A stretch of 64,000 bases of DNA, taken from Sphaerodactylus townsendi (Eukaryota). A program made the translations under genes and the position numbers. Shown piece by piece: positions 1 to 13,614 of the stretch; positions within the stretch are counted from its first letter, which is position 1, and each line of letters begins with the position of its first letter. The stretch covers positions 67,270,001-67,334,000 of the forward strand of contig NC_059426.1 of NCBI RefSeq assembly GCF_021028975.2. The letters run 5' to 3'. The notes beneath the pieces were generated by a model. That model was not told the DNA's origin. It saw only the letters and a program-made list of their open reading frames with translations, and searched no databases.

Positions 1-84
1 TGAAATATAGCGGAATGGAACACCATCCTTGCAGAAGCAGTTATTGGTATAGTCAATGCTGAAGGAGCGGACTGCTGAAGTGAC
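1..84 (-). CDS. GLB1L: Beta-galactosidase-1-like protein, second coding exon (runs off the window)
   Basis: Reverse strand after a CAG acceptor reads VTSAVRSFSIDYTNNCFCKDGVPFRYIS, matching the GH35 N-terminus (RSF.ID...F.KDG.PFRY.SG). Head-to-head with STK16 as in mammals. Confidence 0.88.
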
Positions 85-354
85 CTGGTATTAAGGATGG
101 GGGGAAACATGATTATATTAAACTTACATTTTCCCTAGCCCTTGCTGACAGGAGCAAAGGAGTGTTATATCCCCTGCCCAACTACCATAGCGGAAAACAG
201 CAACAGATGCTACTTTCCTGGCCAATGTGTCTGGGGAACAAGACTGACAGTTCTCATGATTGTTTTCTGCAATATGCCTGTTTTGTACAGAAGCACAGGA
301 TTTATGGCACACCCAAAATAAACACTCCTATATGCAAGTACAGATTAAGTACAG

Positions 355-540
355 TCTGGTGGTGGAAAGTGCTGTCAAGTTACAACTGATTTATGGAGAC
401 CCATGTAGGGTTTTCAAAGTGAGTGATGTTCAGAGGCAGTTGCCATTGAACAGTGACCCTGGACTTTCTTGGTGGTTTCCATCCAAATACTAACCGGGGA
501 TAACCCGATTTAACTTCTGTGATGTTATGAGATCTATTCT
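355..540 (-). mobile_element. 5S rRNA-derived SINE (5S-Sauria-like), decayed
   Basis: Reverse complement of the 5S-like head and BovB-like tail seen at 43440-43625. Confidence 0.6.
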
Positions 541-566
541 GGGCCTTCCAGGTCAAGGCTAGTAAA

Positions 567-750
567 TAGGGTTGCCAGCCTCCAGATGGTTGCTGGGGAT
601 CTCCTGCTATTATAACTGGTCTCCAAATGACAGAGATCAGTTCACCTGAAGAAAACAGACACTTTGGAAGGTAGACTCTATAGCACTGAAGTCCCTCCCA
701 AGATTCCACACCCCAAATCTCCAGGTGCTTCCCACCTTCCCAACCTAACA
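567..750. mobile_element. hAT-type MITE (TAGGGTTGCCA termini)
   Basis: TAGGGTTGCCAG start; related copies at about 41385-41558 and about 18505. Confidence 0.5.
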
Positions 751-1390
751 GTCTAAAAACACGCAATAGGTGTTCTCAAAAGCACTTTCAGAAGTTCACA
801 TCACCCTGCTTCAAATCTCTCAAATTCAAATGTAAGGCTCCAGTCAGGGTTACACAGGTCTGACTCCCCCAGCCAGGCTCAATGGCACACAAACCCCGCA
901 GATTTTACCGATTGAATGGCTAAATGGGACCCTCTTACTGAATCATATTCTGGTGTCACCCAAATCACACCAAACTGTGACTTCAGTCACACCAAACATA
1001 ACTTGCCATTCTCACATTACCTCCACCCTACAGCAGACCCAGATTGTATTGCTTTCATTCACTTTCACTTCTTGCCTGCAGCTGAACTTTTGTGCATATT
1101 CTGATCCTCACTGGGGACAACAGCTGAGGATAAAGGGCATTCTCACCCTGGCTGGTTTATGGATAAAGAAACATTTTCTACACTGTCAAGAATGTGAAAG
1201 AAGTGCGGACACACTCTGCACCATACTCCAGTTAGCACTCAACCTATTGGCTCCACCCAGAATAGCAGGACGGGGAGGAGCCAATGAGATACAACTGGAT
1301 TCTAGGGAGGAAGAGTCAAGAGTGACATGCAACGGAAGTCTGCTGCCTCCTTCAAAGACCCCCTCCATGCATTTCCCTTTCGTATCTCAC

Positions 1391-1459
1391 CTGGAGCGGC
1401 AGCACCCACAACACCAGTACTAGCACAGGCAGCCCCAGTCCCATTTTTTTGACTGCCAT
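1391..1459 (-). CDS. GLB1L: GLB1L first coding exon (signal peptide)
   Basis: ATG at 1459 gives MAVKKMGLGLPVLVLVLWVLPLQ, a hydrophobic signal peptide (human starts MAPKK). CAG|GTGAGA donor is phase 0 and joins the exon at 84. Confidence 0.82.
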
Positions 1460-1739
1460 TTCAGCGCGGGACTGGGAGTCGGGACAGACATCACATGACC
1501 AGCGGCTGATGGGCAGGACCTGGCGCGTCTTCCGAAGTTCGGGAATGGCTGCTGGGAAGGGGAGGAGGCGGCACCCGAAACGAAACAGTTAGTGCAACGG
1601 GAAGCGGGTGACACTGACATCCCAGGGGCCGTAAATCGTAAATGCAAACTGCAGACCCTGAGATGAGACAACAGAAAGAGTTTCATCTTCTGTTATAAAA
1701 AACTTGACTTCCTCGGTCAGCATCCTTGCGATCGAATAG

Positions 1740-1741
<2 letters not shown>

Positions 1742-1800
<59 letters not shown>
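1742..1800 (+). repeat. (CA)n microsatellite
   Basis: About 29 perfect CA units. Confidence 0.98.
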
Positions 1801-1803
<3 letters not shown>

Positions 1804-4394
1804 CGAGAGAAGCTGCACTTGGTGATTAATAAGCACAAGAATCTTAACTGTGCTGTACAGTGTTGTTCACATCACCTACCTCCTGATCCAACTACAGATG
1901 CCAAGGATTAACCTGGGACCTTTTGTATGCCAAGTGCAAAGTAATAATGTCTGCTTTAAAAAACAAAGTGCAAAGGCCAAGTTGATCTTGATCCATGTTC
2001 AACTTACAGCAGCTCATCTGTAGAGATTCAGTGGGCTTGGGTTGGAAATAGTCACTGTGTTAGTTCAGTGGTAGGAGTTCCATACGTAATCATAGGGTGG
2101 TGCACGTGTAACATCCATGTGAGGACTAAATCATCCTTGGCATCACAACATTCTATGCTGCCTCACAATGGGGATAAAATAGTCTAAAGAATTTGGGCCT
2201 CATCAGGGTTACCAATTGGTGTAATTCACAAGAAACATCCAGTTCCATTTTTCAGAAGTACCTAGTCAGTATTTGGAATGCCCCTTCACGTATTCATCTT
2301 TGGGAGGGGGAAATAGAATTTTTTTTGGTTTATCTACATTTCATAGTAGTGACAGTAACTCTGCATAGGATTACACTGAAACTACCTTAGTTTTTCACTG
2401 TATATTCCTAACGACCTTCTGAGGTAAATTATGTTGAGAAAAGATGACCTACCAGGAATACCAATAAACTTCATGTCTGAAACTATAATTACATGCACAT
2501 TTGTTTGAAAATAAGCCCACTCAATAAGGCTTACTTCTGAATAAACAGATTTATCTCTAGAACTCTGTCCTCACAGCTCTTCATTCGGTGCCAAGCCTTT
2601 GTTTATCCAGTGGTATGTATCACATATTTTTTTTTTACCAAGGCTTTTTGACATACTATCTCATTGACCTGGCTTCATATTTGTTCAGTTGATGACACTT
2701 TGTGTTGTTTTATGCTGGTTTTGTTGATGACTACATTGTTTCACTGGTTCTTTTTAGGGATCTAAATTTAAGATGGTGTATAATTTTTACTTCTTTTTTA
2801 TACTGGATTATTTTATTGCTATTTTATATTGTTTTGGGAATTACTGATTGATAATTAAGGCCAAATTAAAAGAGAGAGAGTTCCACAGTATAGGTAGTGT
2901 GTGTGTTAAGTGCTGTCAAGTCACTTCTGACCCATGGTAATCCTATGAATCAATGTCCTCCAAAACATCCTATTATTAACAGCCTTGCCCTGGTCTTGGA
3001 AACTGAGTGTAGATAGTACCACTGGATTCTCTGGTCAAGCTGGATTCAGATATAGGAGGGCAGTTAAAAAGCCCTTGGTTTTTAGTTAGCTGTCCTATAT
3101 CATCATTGCCTCCTGGCAAGAGGTACACCTCAGCAATGCTTTTGGTTAATATTACATATTGTACACAAATAAAAACATCTTGCCTCCATTTTATATTTTC
3201 TTAAAACATAATTATTTACACTTTTAAGACTAATTTAAAAGTATATGAAAATATCATCAATTGATATTACAGTATATAGTTCATTAAAGGAGAGCAATTG
3301 TCTGAACCCATTAAAATGGTTTATCAACAGTAAGAAAGTTACAGGCAAACAGTATCGTATTTGGAAAAATCACTCCAGATCACTTCAATTTCCAATATAG
3401 GTTTTAAAAATCATTTTGCAACAGTTCCTAGTTGTCCCACTTTACAAGGCTACTGGTTTTGGCTAACTATCTTATAACTTCAAACACCATATAAAATTAT
3501 CTATAAAAAGTCTTCTGAATTTATATAAAAACTGTGTTAGTTCATTCTTCCGACTTTCAATCATAACAAATACCAAATATAGTTATTACAACATTCTTAC
3601 ACATATGATTTTGTGCTGGACACTAATCATATATCCCATCTTTGAACTGTGCCATCAAATCCATATTTAGTTGTATATTCTTGTTGTTCTCAGGTGCTTC
3701 TCACTCATGATCCATATGTATGTTATATTTATTGATATGCCATATTAATCTGTTACTCTTTTTTTCTCTCTGAGGACAATTCTGTTTTGTTTTGGGACTC
3801 CATATTTGGCATGTTTAGCTCAGAGATCAGGCAAATTCTGTTTCTAGCCTCCAAAATCTTTTGTCAAAAAACAGCAACAATTCCCTTATATTCCGGACCA
3901 TGTTTGTGACAATCTGCTGTGTGCCACTGCCCCCACTAAGACACCCAGAACTGCCATTGCTAGCAGGAAAACAAGAGTGCAAATTTTACCAGGTTCCCTG
4001 CTCTGGTTATTCTGCAATCAATTGTTGTAACCACCTCCGGCACTTTGGTGGAGTTGCCGTATATATTACAATAAATAAATTGACAGAGTCAATTCCCTCA
4101 TCCCAGCCCAATAAGTGTGTGTGTGTGCCATCAAGTTAGAGATGATTTATAGTGACTCCGGAGGGTTTTCAAGGAAAAAGACGTTGAAGTGGTTTGCCAT
4201 TGCCTGCTTCTGTGTGGGCTGAGAGTTGTGAGTGAACTGTGACTGGCCAGCAGGCTTTATGTGGAGGAGCGGAGAACTGGACCTGATTCTTCAGGTTAGA
4301 GCCCACCGCTCTTAATCACTACACCACGCTGGCACCCTCCCAACCCAACACGAAACTAAACCAAAAACATTTTTTCCTGGCTTGCTTTCAACGC

Positions 4395-5050
4395 ACTCTT
4401 GCCGCCATTCAATATCTTCCCTATTTAATCATATCCCTCCACCCCGTCGCCTGTTCCTTTCTTCCTCTTTCGTTAGTTGCCACGCAACCTTTCGCGGTTA
4501 GTAGCGCTAAGGGACACGCAAGCGGCGCAGAATAATGACGTTTAACGCAGCGCGAGCGGCTTTTGTCGCGCTGAAGCTCCATAGAAAGGCTTTGGGCGCC
4601 TGAGCGAAACTGGGTGAGTGGTTTCCCCTCCCACCTTTGCCTTTCTTTGTAGGTAGGCGGGGCGTTCGAGGTTGCAGGGTCGTAGTAGCCCCTGCTCCTT
4701 TCTCTAGCCTCTGGAGGGTGGCCAGGGCTTTGGCGTTTGTCGTGGCAGTAGTTTCTCTTAATTCAGACCCGAAAACTAGCTCGAATGGCGGAGCTTAGTC
4801 TGGGGAAACACGTGACGTAGCATGTTGCAAGCGACGGTGTCTCTGAGTATGTGTAGAGCGTTTTTCTAGCCGTTAGATTTGGAAAAAGGGGAAGGGGCTT
4901 GCTCGGTGTTCTGAGAGAAAGCGCTGAGAGGTTGGTAATAGTCCCCTTTTCCCAGGAACGTCCGCATGCGGCTTTCTTTTGCTCATTTGCGATTTGCTCG
5001 TTTGTAAAACGAGTTGTCCTTGTCAAGTGTAAAGGGAGGGAGAGGGCAGA
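4395..5050. promoter_or_regulatory. CpG-rich bidirectional promoter for GLB1L/STK16, including STK16 non-coding exon 1 (ends 4613)
   Basis: CpG-dense. TGG|GTGAGT donor at 4613/4614. Oppositely oriented YY1-like AATGGCGG motifs (4402-4409 on -, about 4784-4791 on +), X-box-like GTTGCCACGCAAC at 4476-4488 and CACGTGAC at about 4809-4816. Confidence 0.65.
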
Positions 5051-6438
5051 GTGTCCTTTATTAGGATCCCCGATTCAAATTACCTGCACTAATGTTTACC
5101 AGCGAGTAACTTACAAAAGGTTTACAAGGGATCTGGGAAACTGACAGAAATCCAGCCATACTACCTTTATTTTCAATGTTGTAAAAAGCTGTAAACACCA
5201 CACCTCTAATTGTCAGTGAATTACACATTTCCACTCCCACTCATGATCTATGTTATCTATTCAGATTGTGGTATGACTTCGTTTTCTTGTGATGTGTGTG
5301 TGCTGCAAGTTACATGCCTCTGTAGACACACTGTAACAACTGTTCTGGAAGTTGGTAGAGTAGATATTTCAATCCTGTTCATATGAATGATGATTTTTCT
5401 CTTTCTAGTTCTCTGGGGCATAAAGGACTAATGTAACTAGTGAAAAGATTTTGGGAAACTGTGAGCACAAAGCCTTGCCATTCACATTTAGAATGTGCTT
5501 TGATTAAGAGTCTCATGAAATTAATGAGCCAAAGTAAAAGAGAGTTTTTGAATGATAAAACAGCACATCAAAGAAATAAGAATTTTGTTGAGATTCAGTC
5601 TGTATGGGCTGGTATAATTAATGATATTCTGTTGAAACTTGTAGAATGAACAAAATTTTGTTAATTTTCTTATTGTATGTTTTTTCTTTTTTATGTTATC
5701 CTATGTAAAATTTGATATTAATAAAATAAATAAAAATGGGGAAAATAACATGCATTGATTAATCATTTGATTTCCATCTTTGAGGTTGGAAACAAATCCA
5801 TTCCTTCTCTTCTTATGCCCAGTCAGGCAGACTCATTAGTGACAGTGGAGAGTTTGTCTTCCCTGATGGCTTGATCAACTTACTTGAACCAAAAACTAGA
5901 AAGTGGCATGCAGAGGCCTGTCTAAAACAACAACCAATCGAAGAATAATCAATCCATTCCAAAGGGTAAGAACAAGTTCCTTCTGTTAATAGACAAGCAA
6001 GGCAGGATTAACATAAAATTCAATTATGGAAAATACCGTGTGAGACATGTTAAACAGATTTTGTAGGGCAGTTCAGAGATCACATAGAGATACAACTGAA
6101 TCAATTGACATCTGTGAAGGGTGGGTCATTAGCACCTATAGTGAATGAGGAAATCAAAGTCCTTATTCATCCTCCACATCCAGAGGCCGTAAATATCTGA
6201 ATACAGGAACTGAGAGGTGATATTCAGTGAAGGCCTGGGTCTCTGTTTCATGTTTGTCAGTGCTCCAATGTAACTGGTTGATCACTGTGTGAAACTGGAT
6301 GGTGGATAAAATAGACCACTGATCTGATCCAGTAGTCCAGTGTTGGACTAATTTGCATTTTGGTCCTTTCCATCTCTGTGTTTCTTCAGTTTGCTCTCTT
6401 GTCTTCTGTAGGGCCTAAAGGATGTTGAAGCAGTCATC

Positions 6439-6524
6439 ATGGGCCATGCCCTGTGTACCTGCTCCAGGGGAACCCTCACCATTAATAACAAACGTTACCT
6501 TTTAATTCATAGGCTTGGAGAGGG
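6439..6524 (+). CDS. STK16: STK16 coding exon 1
   Basis: MGHALCTCSRGTLTINNKRYLLIHRLGEG; acceptor at 6411, GTGAGT donor. Confidence 0.95.
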
Positions 6525-6747
6525 GTGAGTATAGAGTTGCCTTGCTCATGGAACTTTGTTTGTAAATGACTGAGCTGGATGATATTTCAGGGGTCTTCTA
6601 GTCCTGTCTGCTATAAGCAAAACATTCCCTCCATATAAACAATCCCCAAAATATGACTGACCAAACTTCTCTTAAGGTTTCAGTCTATTCCGGTTGTTCT
6701 TTTGAACTTACTATTATATATGTAAGTGCCCTCAAGGTGTAACCAAG

Positions 6748-6782
<35 letters not shown>

Positions 6783-7797
6783 TTAAACTTATAGGCCGCC
6801 TCATCCCCGAAGGGCTCGAGGCGGCTCACAACATGGCTGTTCCAACAAACAGCAAATCAACAAATCAAATCAACGGATCAGCCTATAAAACTTAATCCCT
6901 TAAAAGCCTATGCAGCAAATAGATTAAATAACTAAGTATTTATAGTGACTCACAAGGGGCTTTCAGTGCAAGTGAGAAGCAGAGTATTCATCATTGCCTT
7001 TCTCTGCAGACTCTTTCTCAGCAGTCTCCTATTCAAGTAACAGCCCTGCTTTGCTTCTGAGATCTAATGAGATCGGGCCATACAATTCTGCCTTCCCTCT
7101 TGAACTCTATGTTACTTCTAAGTAATGCATAGGATTCAGTTGCAGATCCTTCCACAGAAGATGATGTCACAACTGGTCTTGTCAGTTCATTCCATAGTGA
7201 AGTCATTCATTACAATTAGAAAGTTCATTCATGATGTGTAATCAAAACCTGCATTAGCTGCAGTTTGAACCTGCTGCTGTTCATCTTTCTTGAACAACTC
7301 TGGCAAAGAGAATTTTTCTTTCATCTTTAGGTCAACTTTTAAATATGCGAAACACTCTGACCTATCAGATAAACAGTATTTGCAACTAGCATCTCAAATC
7401 AGACAAGAGTCTGACAGTGATTCATTGTTTCTAAAGAAACTGCAGGAGGCTTCAGGATCTGGGGTGCTTTGTCCCACAGTCATTGTTCCCCATAGACAAG
7501 ACACACATTCAGTGGAAGGCTGAGTGCACTAGTTATTATCAGGATTGTTGAACTACAATATGCTTTTGAGCTATTTCTGAAAGTTATGCTAAGGGGCAGA
7601 GAGGAGCCATGCCTTTGTTCATCAACATTCAGGTTTCTTCCTGGTCAGTTTTTGTGTTTCCATATATATATATACTTTTTTGTGTATGCATATATATGAG
7701 AAAATAACTTTTCTGGACTCTGTATGTTTCCACCATTATAATTCTTCCCTTGTCAAGTTGTTCGTTCTGTTTTTGACACCCTCTTTACCCCACACAG

Positions 7798-8017
7798 AGG
7801 TTTCAGCTATGTGGACCTTGTAGAAGGGTTTCATGATGGGCATTTCTATGCACTCAAGCGCATCCTATGCCATGACAAAGATGATCGCCAGGAGGCCATG
7901 CACGAAGTGGAGATGCACTTGCTCTTTGACCATCCCAACATCCTGCCCTTGTGTGCACATGCCATGATGGAGAGGGGATCCAAATATGAGGCCTGGCTCC
8001 TGTTGCCCTTCCTTAAG
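7798..8017 (+). CDS. STK16: STK16 coding exon 2
   Basis: GFSYVDLVEG...YALKRILCH...AWLLLPFLK; 220 nt; AG/GT boundaries. Confidence 0.96.
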
Positions 8018-8304
8018 GTGAGTGTTTGGGAAGGTGGTAGCGTGAACACTGTGTAAGATAGTGAGGGATACCGCCAAATATTGGTATTGGGATGAAAAAA
8101 GAAAGGAGCAGAGTGCCAACATGTAGGAAACCTATTGTTTTTCACATCTTTGATAATGGGGATGGTCTTTTGTGGCCTGTGCCTCCCTCCTATAATAAAT
8201 CTGACTTTGGAAGATGCTAATGTCTTCCAATAGATCGTCTTCCCATTGCCTGAGGATTTTGGGGAAATGTGTGCAATCCTAGTCACCCAGGTTTCTCTTG
8301 ACAG

Positions 8305-8438
8305 AGAGGGACTCTTTGGCAAGAGGTTGAAATCCTGAGAGATAAAGGGGCCTTCATGCCTGAGGAACGGATCCTTGCCATCCTTCATGGTATCTGCCGG
8401 GGCCTGCAGGCGATCCATAATAAGGGCTATGCACACAG
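8305..8438 (+). CDS. STK16: STK16 coding exon 3
   Basis: RGTLWQEVE...GICRGLQAIHNKGYAHR; 134 nt. Confidence 0.96.
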
Positions 8439-8724
8439 GTGAGAAACTGGGCCTGAAGGGAAAGCCTGGGATGTTTGCACAAGGGAAATAGCTCAAACGT
8501 GTGCGCAGGAAGGAAGGCGTAGAGATGAGATGGGTGACTGACTGTATGTTAGTGTTGGGGGCATTGCAAAGGTAAATAACCACAGTTTAGCACTGAGTAT
8601 AGATGGCAGTATTATTAATAATAGAAGGTAAAGCTGGGGCTGGAAAAGACTTGGGGTTTGGTTTAAAGCAAGCAAAGACCCCTGGGAGAACTGAATGAAT
8701 CATTTCCTTCACACCTTCTTCCAG

Positions 8725-8845
8725 AGATCTGAAACCTACAAATGTTCTACTGGATGATGATGACCAACCACTTCTGATGGACCTGGGTTCTATGAATCAG
8801 GCACACATTGAGGTGCGAAATTCCCGGGAGGCCATGTCTGTTCAG
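8725..8845 (+). CDS. STK16: STK16 coding exon 4
   Basis: DLKPTNVLLDDDDQPLLMDLGSMNQA...EAMSVQ; 121 nt. Confidence 0.96.
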
Positions 8846-9704
8846 GTACAAGTGACTTAACTGTGAAGAGACAAGCACCCTGGATCAGGAGAGTAGGAGA
8901 ACAGTTCCTTCCAGAAAAAGTTGCTAAAGTAGATTGATTAGAACAGCAGGTGCACAGGCAATCTCCCCACTGTTGGTAGATGGCTTGCTTGTGATAGATG
9001 TGGCATTGTACAGCTTTTCGTTCTGAAGTGTGGGAAATCTCAGAGAGGGGGTCATAGCACAATGGTGGAAAACAGGCTTCACATGGGAAAGGTCACAGGC
9101 TACCCAGGTCAGTCTTGATTGAAGCTGGGAACAAGCTCTGCTTGAGATGCAATGCAGATACTGCCAAAGAGTATTGGACTGGATGAACCAGTAGTCTGAC
9201 TAATGGACTTATATGAAGGTAGCTTTATTCATCAGCATGCTACTTCAGCCTGTTTATGCCTGTATCTCTGAGCTGCAGGTGGAATCTTGTGCCAGTTCCA
9301 AGAGAAGCAGCTTCTACCTTCCCTCTAGATGCCCCCAATGTAGTGTAGTTTCAACAAAAGGCAGTCAAGTAGGAAGAAAGCAAAAAGGGGCATCTCTTTG
9401 CAAGAAAGGACTTTATTAAGTTGCAAGCCAGAATTCCAAATCTCTGGAATAGTTCTAATCTGATAGTCCTGGGGGTAAGGAGAGAGTCAGAGATTTCGGT
9501 CCCACTTTTTATGACAGGCCTCCCTCTTTGGGTCCCTCCTATCTTTTCCCCTTTATGGTTGCTTTTGCCATGTTAACTTTTAATGGTACCATTGCTCTTT
9601 AACATCTGGTAATTGTTTCAGAAACAATTCAGAGTTGGGATTAAAGCTTTTCCAAAGTTCCACTGGAGATTCAAGATTCTGTTCTCCTCTCCTCCATTTC
9701 ACAG

Positions 9705-9800
9705 GATTGGGCTGCCCAGCGTTGCACCATCTCCTATCGAGCCCCAGAGCTGTTCACTGTTGAGCGTGAATGCGTCATCGATGAGCGTACCGACATCTGG
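9705..9800 (+). CDS. STK16: STK16 coding exon 5
   Basis: DWAAQRCTISYRAPELFTVERECVIDERTDIW; 96 nt. Confidence 0.96.
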
Positions 9801-9913
9801 GTAAGGTCCAACAAGTTCTCCAGGGGGAGGGAGGTCTTGCCTTTGTGCCATTGATGCACATCCCCTTTCTGGGACCACACCTCTGCTCCAAACTCTCTCC
9901 CCCTACATGTCAG

Positions 9914-10035
9914 TCCTTAGGCTGCGTTCTGTATTGCATGATGTTTGGCGAGGGGCCTTACGACATGATCTTCCAAAAGGGAGACAGTGTGGCCTTGGCT
10001 GTGCAAAACCGCATTACTGTGCCCCAGAATACCAG
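9914..10035 (+). CDS. STK16: STK16 coding exon 6
   Basis: SLGCVLYCMMFGEGPYDMIFQKGDSVALAVQN...; 122 nt. Confidence 0.96.
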
Positions 10036-10118
10036 GTAAGCTGGGGAAGGGGGAGCAGTATGGGTTGTTGTTGCCCTTAATCCTAGAAAGAGCCTGTGCT
10101 AAGGGCTGAAATTTTCAG

Positions 10119-10257
10119 GTACTCACCTGCATTGGAACATCTCCTCTCGTCTACAATGGTGGTAAATCCCCAGGAGCGTCCATACATTGCTAATGTCATC
10201 AATCAGCTTGAAGAGATACAGCCAGCTCCCCCTGGACAGGACACCACACACATCTAA
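10119..10257 (+). CDS. STK16: STK16 last coding exon
   Basis: YSPALEHLLSS...NPQERP...QPAPPGQDTTHI*; follows an 83-nt intron. Confidence 0.94.
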
Positions 10258-10712
10258 GGCCACAGAATGGGTGCTGAAGGTGGACGGCAGGAAAGTTGCT
10301 GCTCAGAAAGACTTGACAAGGCCTGCATGTTTGAGCGGGGCCAGGAAAATGTGTTGTCCCTGCTTTCATCCTTCAGGAACTCCTTTCAGTGGGATCACCT
10401 CCTGTCTTGGACTTTGTGGTACTGTTTGGGACATGCTTGGATCTCGCCTGCCATTGCAACTGCTGCTTCAGCATGCACCCCAAATATTTTATAGAGCCTA
10501 GACAGCTCAGTTTGTATTTGAATGCTGTCTATATACAGCATGGGAAGATTGCTGAGGTATGCTAGGACTCTAGCCACAGCTATGGAGCAGGGTGGGGAGA
10601 AGATACCCAGCTTGTTTTTTATTATTCAGATACAGTATCCTGGTGGACTACTTAAAAAGGGCTGGTGTCCTGTTCCAGTTGGTATAGGCAAGTCCTCAAT
10701 GCCTCTGTACTG

Positions 10713-10769
10713 AATAAAGTCTTCACAACCCAGCCATGTTAACTCATTGTCCTGAGCAAGATCAATAAA
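10713..10769 (+). terminator. Candidate STK16 polyadenylation signals
   Basis: AATAAA at 10713-10718 and 10764-10769, downstream of the stop codon. Confidence 0.5.
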
Positions 10770-12557
10770 CAACAGCATGCAGTTGAGCAGAGAAAAGTGA
10801 TACATGGAATTGCTTCTCCATGTTTTTCAACAATGACTTCCCATTTGGCACCTTCCCCATCTGCAGTTTTTGTATGTAGAAGAGGTGAGCTCTGCAGCCT
10901 CTATAAATTATGAGAATTTTCTCCCCATATTGGCCATCTGCTAATTCTGGGGAGGGCACCATAGGAAATAATTGAGTGCTTCTATTAGTCAGCTTAGGAG
11001 TTTGCAGCTTCTGGAAAAAGTTTGTATCTAAGATTCATAGAATAGCAAGTTCCCTTACTTCTCCCACCACTATAATGAGTGTTTGAAAGTAGAAGAGATG
11101 GAAGTACGGCAGACTGAGATATCCACTGATAATCAGCATTGTAGGCACAGCAGAAAGGGTGGGGTACATGAAATAAAAAAGAAAAAGTTCCCTGGCAAGT
11201 TCAGGGTGGAGCTGTGTTTACACAGGCCTGATAGTCCTGATTCAGCACTAGGGCATGAAGTTGGGTGAAGCCACTGCCATTCTTTCTCTGCCACCCATAG
11301 CTCTTGTGAATGTCAAGAAGTAGTTGCTTTGACAAGGTGCAAGAGCAAAACTTTTAATTCAGTTCATCTTCCTAAGGGTCTCCTGTTTCAGAGATAATAT
11401 GCAAACTCCTCCAATTAACCTCAACGACAGCCTAAGCCCTTTGAGCCAAGGCTACCCACATAAACAAGCCAGAAAGGCACAGGCTACACAGAAATAACAA
11501 CTATGAGTATTACGCAGTGCATGTAGAAATCACATCTGGATACTGAGGGAGTATGGCTGGGGCTAGATGAGAGGGACGAACTTGAGGAAGAGTGAACTTC
11601 ATGCAGACCCAGGCTTAACTTTGTTCCTCTTACAGATTCTAAGACAGAAACCTGAACTCTCTAGGAAGAAAATTGTATCTTTGCTCAGCATACTGTATCA
11701 AGTAATTGCAGTTTTGGCAACATGGAAGCCTGCCTCTACCCAGGACATAAATAATAACATAATTGAAGCTAAGCAGGTCTCACCAGAGCTTGTGGGCTGT
11801 CTACTATAAATCACTCTAGCATACCCAAAGGAAAATGTGGGATACTGCAATAAATTTAGACTCAAATCCGTGTTCGTGCGAAACTCACTGAGCAGCATTC
11901 AGTATCACACCACTTCATAAAATTAGTGTGCTGCTAAAAGGACCAACATTTTGGAGAAAGGGAAGGGATACCAGTATTTAATAGCAGCTTATCAATAGTT
12001 TTCAGTATGCAAAGAAAAAAACATTGTTTCCTTAACACTATTGTGATAGTGAATTAAGCTTTTGCAACCCAGGCTCATGTCTTTTTGCCCATGTTCTTAG
12101 TAGTAGATAACTGATTTTGTGATTTAATGCTAGTAGGTTCTAACTGCAAACAAATATTTTCCTGCCTCCTCCTGCCGCTTACTCTTGAGATACCTCCACA
12201 GTTTAAACAGATTCCCAAGAACAGGCCAGAACACAGGGTTAAGGATCAGTCATGCAAAAAGGGAATCTAATACCCCATCTCTCCAATCCACCGCTGGAGC
12301 AGACAAACATTGGGTATAGCTCTGTGGTGGTGAATCTATGGCACTCCAGATGTTCATGGACTGCAATTCCCATCAGCCCCTGCCAGCATGGCCAATTGGC
12401 CATGGTTCTACTTAGCTGGTTCTACAAAATTACTTGTCAACTCCAAAGCAGCTGCCTTTCCTTTCAGTCCCTGCAGAGGACCAGTCAGCACTAGCTGCTG
12501 CTGCTACAAGATGCAAAAAAGAGGCAACTACAGGGATTCAGATTAGAACAAAACAAT

Positions 12558-12563
12558 TTTATT
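12558..12563 (-). terminator. TUBA4A polyadenylation signal
   Basis: TTTATT (AATAAA on -) about 53 nt after the stop, followed by U/GU-rich sequence on the - strand. Confidence 0.6.
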
Positions 12564-12615
12564 TTAAGAACTTAATTACAGGAGGGTCCATTAGGCAACG
12601 TATGCCCACCTGTAG

Positions 12616-13614
<999 letters not shown>

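Larger units (their letters stand above)
6439..10257 (+). other. STK16: STK16 gene model, serine/threonine kinase 16, 305 aa
   Basis: join(6439-6524,7798-8017,8305-8438,8725-8845,9705-9800,9914-10035,10119-10257) = 918 nt, all introns GT-AG. Motifs: MGHALCTC myristoylation/palmitoylation N-terminus, GEGGFS, ALKR, HRDLKPTN, DLG, YRAPE. Confidence 0.97.

Noticed and set aside
7846-8583. 245-aa minus-strand ORF antisense to STK16
   Set aside because: Shadow of two coding exons plus intron, no true ATG start evident, no domain.
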